A stretch of DNA of 10,807 nt from a bacterium (GCA_965233585.1 CBDDTI010000587.1:1-10807); one strand, 5' to 3'. Positions 1 through 7,448 are shown, numbered from the stretch's first letter. Notes: generated by a model not told the origin, from the letters alone. Made by a program: numbers and translations.

Positions 1-27
1 TCACAAGGAGTCGACCACGTGCAAATT

Positions 28-900
28 ATGTCACATCGATGCTGTTACTGTCAAAAGCCATTTACTCGTGCTGGTAGTAGAAGACATCACGAGAGGTATA
101 CTTGTTGGAAGCGACTTGAAAATGGTCAAGACAAACTTCCTTTGGTAGACCTCCCATTGTCAACGACGAAAACACGAGTGGATGCTCCAAAGATCACATT
201 TCCCACCGAAAAGAATCATGGGATTCCAAATGAAATAGAAATGGGAGAAGCGTTTCGGTTCAAGACACCATCTAGTATCTTGATTGTTGGTCCTTCTGGT
301 TGTGGCAAGACTTGTTTTACCGAATCTTTACTCTTGGATCATTTGGAAGAATTGTTTGTAAACCCTCCCCCTAAGATTCATTATTGCTACGGGGCGTGGC
401 AAGATGGATTCCGAGACATGGAAGACGCTGGCATAAAATTTCACGATGGGGTTCCTACCACCCTCCATTTGCGAAAATGGTTTCCGAAAGGTGGTTTACT
501 CGTATTAGATGATCTGATGGTTGAGGGAGGTGAAGACAAAGAGTTGCTGGACTTATTCACCAAACATTCACATCATCAAAATATCACGGTGTTGTACTTG
601 TGCCAGGACATGTTTCCACCAGGAAAATACGCAAAGAGTATTTCCAGGAATGCCCACTATGTCATAGCCTTCAAAAATCCACGAGATCAATTAGGGATGA
701 AGAATTTACTGTTTCAAGCTTTTGCCACTTGTTGGCAAGACATGATGGACGTGTATCAAAAAATGACCGAACGACCGTTTGGGTACACGGTCCTAGATTT
801 ACATCCTGCCAGTGACGACAGGAAACGCGTTTTTAGTCACCTCTTGACGCACGAAGGATACCCGCGCTGGCATCGACGAATCAAGAAAGACGTTGTTTGA
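28..900 (+). CDS. Polinton/Maverick (adintovirus-like) DNA-packaging ATPase, A32/FtsK-HerA superfamily, with N-terminal C2HC zinc finger
   Basis: Walker A GPSGCGKT (289-312) preceded by FRFKTPSSILIV. Walker B LLVLDD (496-513). Polinton-type downstream motifs FTKHSHHQNITVLYLCQ, ISRNAHYVIAFKNPRD and PFGYTVLDL. N-terminus CCYC-x12-H-x4-C (40-105). The first ATG is at 28; the ORF track start at 19 is GTG. No introns or stops. Confidence 0.92.
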   Translation: MSHRCCYCQKPFTRAGSRRHHERYTCWKRLENGQDKLPLVDLPLSTTKTRVDAPKITFPTEKNHGIPNEIEMGEAFRFKTPSSILIVGPSGCGKTCFTESLLLDHLEELFVNPPPKIHYCYGAWQDGFRDMEDAGIKFHDGVPTTLHLRKWFPKGGLLVLDDLMVEGGEDKELLDLFTKHSHHQNITVLYLCQDMFPPGKYAKSISRNAHYVIAFKNPRDQLGMKNLLFQAFATCWQDMMDVYQKMTERPFGYTVLDLHPASDDRKRVFSHLLTHEGYPRWHRRIKKDVV

Positions 901-989
901 TCACTGAGAAAAAATGATATATTAAATATCACTTCAATCGTTTCAACTCATTTGAAGCACGTTGTCTTGGGTGAAAAAGGACGAGCACC

Positions 990-1553
990 ATGCGTACTCC
1001 TTCAACAGATATTTTTGGCCCCGTGGAAGAAAACAATGATGAAAACATAGAAGAGGTCGAGGAGGAACAGGAAGAAGAGGAGCCTGAAGAGGAGCCTGAA
1101 GAGGAGCCTGAAGAGGAAGAGACTAGCAGCTCCGAAGAGGAAGGAGAAGCGGAAGACGACGATGAACCAGATCCGTGGAGTCCATTACGTCAAAACGTCG
1201 GGGAAGATCTCAAAGAAACCTACCTGAAAGAAGTCCAACACTTCCTGGATAGGGGAAAATCTCAACACTGTGCCGAAAATGCTGCTTTCAATGTCCTATT
1301 ACCTGTAAGTAGAAGAAGGCTAAGAAGGACTTATTTAGAGCGTCTAAAGTGGACTCACCATATCAAACATGACGCAATACATCGTAAAGTCATGAAGACT
1401 CTTCGACGCTTTATTGAGGAAGATGACATGGATTTTGACGAGGCGGCCGAGTCGGCAGTGGCAAAACGGAAATTCCTGTTGAACAGACTAATGAAAAAGA
1501 AATTGCTCCCCGATGACAATGACGAAGAAGAAGTAGCAGAAGGGGAGGTTTAA
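990..1553 (+). CDS. Polinton-associated hypothetical protein: acidic low-complexity N-terminus plus helical C-terminal domain
   Basis: 187-aa ORF with good start context (ACCATG), co-oriented 89 bp after the ATPase. The C-terminal segment DAIHRKVMKTLRRFIEEDDMDFDEAAESAVAKRKFLL resembles proteins I recall from invertebrate Polinton-like elements (not verified). Confidence 0.8.
   Translation: MRTPSTDIFGPVEENNDENIEEVEEEQEEEEPEEEPEEEPEEEETSSSEEEGEAEDDDEPDPWSPLRQNVGEDLKETYLKEVQHFLDRGKSQHCAENAAFNVLLPVSRRRLRRTYLERLKWTHHIKHDAIHRKVMKTLRRFIEEDDMDFDEAAESAVAKRKFLLNRLMKKKLLPDDNDEEEVAEGEV
1074..1117 (+). repeat. In-frame 12-bp tandem repeat (GAAGAGGAGCCT) x ~3.7, encoding EEEP
   Basis: Perfect units at 1074, 1086 and 1098, plus partial GAAGAGGA at 1110. 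Confidence 0.95.
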
Positions 1554-1684
1554 GCCTTACTGTGATACACCGAATTGGCCGTGTCACTCTTATAAGAGTT
1601 TGTGATTCTAGAGTTTAATCGATCATTATTCGTAAGACGCCACTCAGTTTGAATTGCTCTAGTCAGCAGTCGGAGAATGACAAG

Positions 1685-1873
1685 ATGGTTGTTTGTCAGA
1701 AAGCTTACCATAAAAAATATTATGCAAAGAACAGAGAGCAAATCCTGGCCCGGCAAAAACGTTATCGTACCGAGAACGCCGAGATTCTCAAATCACGTCG
1801 TAAAAGGTGGTATGAAAACAACAGGGAAAGGCTCGCCAGCAGCCAGAGAGCCTATTGCCAAGAAAACAAATGA
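1685..1873 (+). CDS. Small basic helical-repeat protein (62 aa), virus-like
   Basis: Repeats of ~11 aa (KKYYAKNREQI / KRYRTENAEIL / KRWYENNRERL / RAYCQENK), a pattern common in large DNA virus and Polinton proteins. ATG at 1685 is in frame with the 1649 ORF. Confidence 0.65.
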   Translation: MVVCQKAYHKKYYAKNREQILARQKRYRTENAEILKSRRKRWYENNRERLASSQRAYCQENK

Positions 1874-2142
1874 TCAATGATATTATTTTATACTTAGAAA
1901 ATAACATTCATCTCCCTTCGTCGGCACGCACACACCTTGATTGCAAATTGGACACATGTCCCTCTTGTAAAGAACTAGGACTTTTTAATAAATACAATTG
2001 TTTCTCATTTGATTTACATGTGTCTAGATTGATTCTCGAGTCTGAGGGGAAAAATATGAAAAGACTGATCCCATGCCTTCGAGTCCAGTGGGCAATTTTC
2101 TCGCCCAAAACAAACTCCTATTTATCAAAGTTAGTCACGTGA
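1870..2142 (+). CDS. Hypothetical 90-aa protein with HxxC-x4-CxxC motif
   Basis: ATG 1870 overlaps the preceding TGA (ATGA). Contains HLDCKLDTCPSC. Same strand as the cassette. The C-terminus may run into non-coding DNA. Confidence 0.5.
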   Translation: MINDIILYLENNIHLPSSARTHLDCKLDTCPSCKELGLFNKYNCFSFDLHVSRLILESEGKNMKRLIPCLRVQWAIFSPKTNSYLSKLVT

Positions 2143-2405
2143 ATTTTGAAGTTGCGTGACATTTTTGCAAAAACCCTGGCGTGATTTGTGTCGCCATGGA
2201 AATCTGTAAGACCGATTTCAGTCCTCCGTTGAGGCTGATGGGTTGTTTTCCAACATGGCACCGCCATCTTAAATTCTTAATTCACCTCCTGATTGGTCCG
2301 ATTTTTCAAGACGCCATCTTGGATTTGGAAAACAATAGAGTCTATTGTTCTCGAAACAATAGCCTATTGTCTTTCTCGGCTCCTGATTGGTTACGGGTCA
2401 TATGA

Positions 2406-2618
2406 GCGACCTTTAGTAGTCGTGGACGCTTTGCTAAACCAATCTTCTATTTTCTTGAAGCAGACCAGCATAGTTCCTATAGTGTGATCATAAAAGCCGA
2501 CAAAGCTGTTAACTTTGGGGACCGAGAGGGGATGCAAGTCCGATGTAAGCTGAGAATCTCTGGTCAAGAGAAATTTGTCAACATTTTGAAGAAGGAGTTG
2601 GAACGCCTTGAGAAGTGA
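2406..2618 (+). other. Possible terminal coding exon or gene fragment (…FAKPIFYFLEADQHSSYSVIIKADKAVNFGDREGMQVRCKLRISGQEKFVNILKKELERLEK*)
   Basis: 70-codon stop-free frame without a leading ATG, protein-like composition, TGA at 2616-2618 and ATTAAA at 2831-2836. Confidence 0.4.
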
Positions 2619-2921
2619 GCATTATGCAATTGTACTGTTCAGCATCTGACGAACTCTCCAGCTTAAATGCCTAATGTTTTTTTTTACAGACATTTTACTG
2701 GATACTTTTTTAATGCACTGTACACTGTAGCACTGTTTCTTTCAAGTTTTGTGACAGCAAATACACCGCATCCGGTATGACTCTTATGATCACATGTAAC
2801 TGTCAATTACGTGATCTGTTCGTTTGACTAATTAAAATCAAATTGCTCCAGTCTTTGTTCTAGTGTTAGAGTTCGATCACACAATAACAAAAGCTAATGG
2901 GATATCTCAATTGACCTTCCT

Positions 2922-3139
2922 GTCGAGTTATAAGAACCAGAAATTCGAGTTATCGGGGTAAACTTTGGTCAAGGGAAGCGAAAATCTGTTCGAGTTAGCG
3001 GGGTTTTCGAGTTATCGGGGTTCGAGTTATCCGGGTAAAAATGACTGAAAAGTTAGTTCAAATCCAAGGGAATTAAGACTCTGTTCGAGTTAGCGGGGTT
3101 GTTCGAGTTATAGGGGTTCGAGTTAGCGGGGTTCTACTG
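2922..3139. mobile_element. Right half of a pogo/Tigger-like (Tc1/mariner) MITE
   Basis: Eight TCGAGTTA motifs (mostly TTCGAGTTA[T/G]CGGGG) at ~2922, 2944, 2989, 3006, 3021, 3084, 3102 and 3117. Ends GGGGTTCTACTG followed by TA, i.e. a CAGT terminus with a TA target site. Left end not found. Confidence 0.75.
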
Positions 3140-3140
3140 T

Positions 3141-3298
3141 ATATATCAGTGTTCAAACAAAGAAATTCGAACAAAATTGTAATTTGTTAATTCCCGTTGT
3201 CTCTCAGTCTCCAAAGGAGACTGTGATTAAAAAAAACAACACCAAATATAGAAGTTTTGAGCTATTCTTGTTAAAACTGATATATCACACGTGACCTT
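3141..3298. mobile_element. Degraded small MITE
   Basis: Inverted 10-mers ATATATCAGT (3141-3150) and ACTGATATAT (3276-3285). The left end abuts the TA of the pogo-like element. Confidence 0.4.
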
Positions 3299-3969
3299 TT
3301 CGAAACCAATAAATCCAAACGTATGCTATGATTATCGTGACTCGAGAGACAATAGATCATCGTCTGTTGCATGAGCAACAGACGCAGTGAGGTGCCGTTG
3401 AGTAGCCCTAATCAAAGATTCTTAAATGATATGTTACTGAGTACTTTAATTATGCGTCAAAGCGTGTTATGTATCTTTGGAGAATGCTTCTCCAGGGCTG
3501 CATCAAGTTTTGATTCACCTATAGCCTTAGTCTTCAAACCCGTAGCAAACTTGTTACTTTATGGGTGAATTGTATCAACTACAGACCAGTTCACCGAGAG
3601 CATCAAGGGACATTCAAACATACTCAGCCGTAACAGGTGTCACAGGTTACGGCATTGTCAGGCCTGCTTCTCAATTTCAGCACACCAAAGCCTTTTAACT
3701 AGCTCAATAAACTAATAGCAATTTTAGAATATCATAGCCTAATTTATTTAGTCATTTCCTTCAATGAACTTGCTCCGTTCAAAGATCAGTGTCGTTTGAG
3801 CAGATCATTCGCGATAACAAAAAACTTCTCGATGTATTTCACTTGGCCGAGAAATATACATGAAATGTTGAGCTCCGTAATTATTTCTGATCTTACGTTA
3901 AACTAATTCTTTTTTCACGAAGAAACGAAAGTCACTTGCTCGCTCTCTTCGCGTGTTCCATTCAGCTAA

Positions 3970-4445
3970 AGCCACATTCACATTACGTTGGAGAAAGCAG
4001 TTGAAAACGCAACAATTGCGAGGATTTCTGTTTGAGGAAAACTCGGGGAGAGAAATCACATGATCATTGTGACGATCAATCTCATCGTATTGTCGTTGTT
4101 TTCCAAAAGCTCCGTTTTTTAAAAGTTTTCCGTCCACAATAAAACGCAAAACCGGCGTTTATAAATTCTTCCGGTTTGAAGAGCGTTTTCGAAACAAGGT
4201 CGAAACAGTTGTCCACGGTTGCAATTTGGCTTTCAGTTTGGACTCTATCGTGTCCTTGCCTCGTATCAGTCTTGCATTATTTTTTACTAGTCTATTTTTG
4301 GCTGATCAGATCTTTTACAGATCCTACGTAAACAGGCAGCACTTTCGTTTGCGGTCCTTTGCATCATTATGTTCAACTTTTCGAAAAGCTCCGTTTTCGT
4401 GACGGTTAGTGTGAACGGTAGGCCTACCTGTAGAAGTAAAGCTAA
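3970..4445. mobile_element. Degraded PIF/Harbinger-like MITE interrupted by a nested insertion
   Basis: Follows TAA. Repeated TTTTC[C/G]AAAAGCTCCGTTTT (~4099 and 4378). Inverted CCGTCCACAATAA / TTAGTGTGAACGG. Resembles a common cnidarian MITE family from memory. Confidence 0.65.
4195..4377 (+). mobile_element. 183-bp 5'-truncated retroposon-like insertion beginning with the 3' half of a hammerhead ribozyme
   Basis: Flanked by an exact 9-bp direct repeat TTTTCGAAA (4186-4194 and 4378-4386). Begins C-A-AGGTC-GAAAC-AGTT-GTC-CACGG. Confidence 0.7.
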
Positions 4446-4560
4446 CGCAGTAAACCCGCACCAACAATTTTGCCGCTCTTCCTAACAAACGCCTTGTTCA
4501 TGTCTAGCTAAAACTTCCTAGCTTTTCTTTTCAAATAAACGAGGCACGCAAAGAAACAAT

Positions 4561-4800
4561 AGAGAGGTTAAGCAAGACGTTTACAGCAGACTGCAAACGG
4601 CAAAGATTACCTCTGATTTTCTATTCTTTTCTTGCAATCCTTAAATAAATCACACAAATATAGAAAGGTGTCTCTTACTATTAGGAGCAAATACAAATAT
4701 TTTGATTCTACTGTACAGAGAGTCGAAGACAGACGGCAAAGGTTTCATTTTTGCCGTTTGCCGTTTGCCGTTTGCCGTAAACGTCATGCTTAACCTCTCT
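4561..4800. mobile_element. Complete 240-bp MITE (probably PIF/Harbinger-ISL2EU related)
   Basis: Terminal inverted repeats AGAGAGGTTAAGCA[A/T]GACGTTTAC…, 40/44 match. Subterminal (TTTGCCG)n. Flanks AAT / AAG form an imperfect 3-bp TSD. Confidence 0.9.
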
Positions 4801-4938
4801 AAGATGTTCTTAAAAATTACCGCAACAATAACCATGTCGAGTATAAGCTAAAAAATAGAAACAATTATTCAATTTGCAATCGGTGGGTACAAGGCGATTA
4901 GACTACGCACAAGCTTGGTTATGTTAATAAAAAAAAAA

Positions 4939-5229
4939 GTGAGGCCTTGGAGCCAAGGCTGACTCATAGCTGCCGGAGCTTATCCCGGTTTCTGTAGCAT
5001 GAAGCGGCTAGACGTATTTCTACTTCCCCTGGCCCACGGGATGCTAGTCCATCGTAGGTCACTCCCCGCAATTTGTTAGGTTTCCCCGACAATTCGCCGG
5101 TACCCATTTATACACCTGGATGGAGAGAGACACTGTGACCGTGAAGTGTCTTGCCCAAGAACATAACACAATGTCCCCGGCCAGGACTCGAACCTTGACA
5201 GCTTGCTCCCATGAAGCCACCCTGCCTCC
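4939..5229 (-). mobile_element. tRNA-derived SINE with MIR/CORE-like central domain
   Basis: Minus strand: GGAGGCAGGGTGGCTTCATGG (A-box-like), GGTTCGAGTCC (B box), CORE-like TTCTTGGGCAAGACACTT…GTGTATAAATGGGTAC, and tail CATGCTACAGAAACCGGGATAAGCTCCGGC. Simple A run at 4929-4938. Confidence 0.85.
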
Positions 5230-5489
5230 TCTAACACTATCATATTTTAGCATTTATACCTTAGAGATTGTCCCCAGGTTCCATCTTCGTTCCTCTGTTC
5301 TATAAGGATTAGTCTCTACAAGAAACATTAAGCACAAATATTTGTGTTTTGAAAGACGATAATAACAGTGACAACTAGATAAAGTTGTCTCTGATTGGAG
5401 TTTATCACTAGGTCCGCACTCTGATAGAGGGCTGCACTGCCATAATGATAGTAATAAAGAAAAATATAGCATTAATAATAATTGCGAAA

Positions 5490-5640
5490 GGAAGACACGT
5501 GGCCTAGTATCCGGAGGTCCCGGGTTCAAGTACTTCCCCTGACCCTAGACAGATTGTGTTCGGTGGTCCCGAATTCAACTCTTATATGTCATGTAAATAG
5601 CCAACTGGTCAGGTTCCAACCAGTTGGGATTTCTAGCAAG
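5490..5640 (+). mobile_element. Degraded tRNA-derived SINE (second family)
   Basis: GTGGCCTAGT (partial A box), GGTTCAAGTAC (B box, 5523-5533), a second B-box-like GAATTCAACTC, and body GTAAATAGCCAACTGG…CCAGTTGGGATT. Confidence 0.7.
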
Positions 5641-5939
5641 ATCTCACTTCTATTTCTCAGACTTCTTTTCCTTGAGACGCGTTTCATTCAGAGATGAAGT
5701 GTAGCAATATCAGATAAACGAAGCTTACTTACTCACTGGCTATTTTTGATGCTTCGTTAATACAGGCCAAATATTTAAAGAATTCTGCACATTGAATTTG
5801 TTAACATTCGAAAACAACTATATACCACAATACAGAGAGAGAGAGGGAAAGTTATAGCCACAGAAAGCGCACAAAGGCGACAATAGTTGAAGGAATTAAC
5901 CCTACAACTACCAAAGAAATTGAGCTTAGAATATTAGAA

Positions 5940-5984
5940 GCCATGGAAAGCTGTTTCGACCTTCTTAGGCCTCGTCAGCCTAGC
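5940..5984 (-). ncRNA. Minimal type I hammerhead ribozyme motif (slightly degenerate)
   Basis: Minus strand reads GCUAGG-CUGACGA-GGCCU-AAGA-AGGUC-GAAAC-AGCU-UUC-CAUGGC. Intact CUGANGA and GAAA core, 5-bp stem II, stem I 5/6 pairs, palindromic AGCU in loop III, cleavage triplet UUC. Confidence 0.8.
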
Positions 5985-6066
5985 AATAACTTATCAATGA
6001 AAGAGGGAGAGCGTGACAGTTTTGCGTGCGCGCGCTGACCTGAACGGCACACAGGTAATACATACA

Positions 6067-6397
6067 TAATCATAACAATTACAATTTCCTCAAATTTGAT
6101 TGGAGCATAAACTGCTGTATTTTGCTCTAATTAATCTGCAAAGTTGTCATCGGACACCTGTAGCCGGACAGTTACATGAGCCAATCATCGTAAGTCCTTC
6201 TAAATCCACCAATCACAACGTTGATTACAATCGCTATAGTAACCAATTTAAGAGACCGACTATGTAAAATTGTGGAGGTTTAGTCTCCAGTGACTGTTTT
6301 GAATTTTTAGTTATTACATTAAAATGACTATTACAAGTAAAAGCTCTCTTTCAAATGAAACTTTTACTTTTGTGGAAAATTATAATTGTTATGATTA
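6067..6397. repeat. Element segment bounded by ~22-bp inverted repeats
   Basis: TAATCATAACAATTACAATTT at 6067 versus the reverse complement of 6377-6397, TAATCATAACAATTATAATTT (1 mismatch). Confidence 0.7.
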
Positions 6398-6611
6398 TTT
6401 CAGTAGTAACAGGATATTGTGTCATGAAGGGGCTCCGTCATGGTATTTTGTTTTATTTTGACCGTAGACAAACACGAAGGAACTTGAAAATAACACTTTA
6501 CAAAGATGGAAAAACACCAAAGAGATAATAATAAACCATTAAGAAACAAGGACGGTTAAGGATAACTTGACTATTCTTTTTTTGTCGCAAATTATAATTT
6601 TTATGAATAAT

Positions 6612-6753
6612 TGGCAATAAGACTTCGTGTCGTCCAATTCGGTCTCTAATCATACTCGTAATAAACAAATTGGACTCCACTATAAAGTTGTCCGATTTAG
6701 GTGTCACTCTTATGATAGCTGGCCGAATTGGACCCCAGTCAGTCCTATTGCCA
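6612..6753. repeat. Long imperfect palindrome (64-bp arms, 14-nt loop), part of a non-autonomous element
   Basis: Arms 6612-6675 and 6690-6753 align without gaps. Shared blocks TGGCAATA, GACT, GTCCAATTCGG, ATCATA, AAAT and GGAC. Confidence 0.85.
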
Positions 6754-7197
6754 CTACTTATGAGCGCATTTTTGTAACTGGCAAACATAGGGCGGTAAAG
6801 GTCGAAAAATCGGTTTTCTCTCTTTTCGTCCACAAAGGGCTCTTAGATATGAAACGTGATGTAGTTTTTTTGAGCTCGAAGAGCTTTAAATTCCAGGAAA
6901 TCGAGGAAAGCGATTTTCGCCTGGACGTTCGCAAAAATGGTCGATCAGAAAGGCTTAAAAATAGTCATCTAAACCTCACTTGTGTTCGCGTGTAAAAGAG
7001 AGGTAAAACTTATCGATACTTTTCCTTGAAAGGCAAAGTATTCAGCCATCGAAAACAGGTTAGAGCTTGACTTGGGCGCCATTTGAGAACATATACACAA
7101 TTTTTTAAAAAAACTCCTTTCAGTTAAAAGGTCGAATTCCTAATATACCGTCGAATAAAATTCAGAGATATTTTTTTCGGCATGTGCCATAACTCCG

Positions 7198-7448
7198 AAT
7201 TTTATGTTGTTGTGAAACATGTATTAAAATCAGCTTGGGTTATTCTTCGAGTGGTTTTTGAGGCCCAGCTAAAAAAAAACCCATTTTAACGAAAGGTAAA
7301 CAATGGACTTGCGTGTTGGTCTGAGGGCAATCCGGTATAGGCGTTTAAAGTCTTTGTATTACTAGTTCCTTGTACTTAACAATTTTATGATGTTGTAAAA
7401 CATATATCAAAATCTGCTTGGGGTATTCTTCGAGTGGTTTTTAAGGCC
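7198..7448 (+). repeat. 68-bp direct repeat pair (7198-7265 and 7381-7448)
   Basis: 61/68 identical, ungapped, period 183 bp. Confidence 0.9.

Larger units (their letters stand above)
1..2425 (+). mobile_element. Endogenous Polinton/Maverick-like virus segment (continues off the left edge; right boundary uncertain, 2142-2425)
   Basis: Packaging ATPase plus densely packed intronless ORFs next to repeat-rich eukaryotic DNA. No pPolB, integrase, protease or capsid gene lies within the window. Confidence 0.75.

Noticed and set aside
600..815. Alternate-frame ORF inside the ATPase (also 1550-1756, 1677-1880, 1908-2108)
   Set aside because: Shadow ORFs overlapping better-supported genes, mostly with non-ATG starts and no recognisable motifs.
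2415..2420. AGTAGT resembling a Polinton terminus
   Set aside because: Wrong orientation for a right end, only 6 bp, and no partner TIR visible.
2922..3135. CRISPR-like array of TTCGAGTTA repeats
   Set aside because: Units are ~15 bp with irregular or no spacers, there are no cas genes, the context is eukaryotic, and the array ends in a transposon terminus.
4300..4314. CTGATCAGATC as the missing 5' half of the hammerhead (permuted monomer)
   Set aside because: Reads CUGAUCA rather than CUGANGA and is not at the end of the insert.
5180..5540. tRNA genes
   Set aside because: Only A/B-box remnants. No cloverleaf can be formed, and they continue into SINE bodies.
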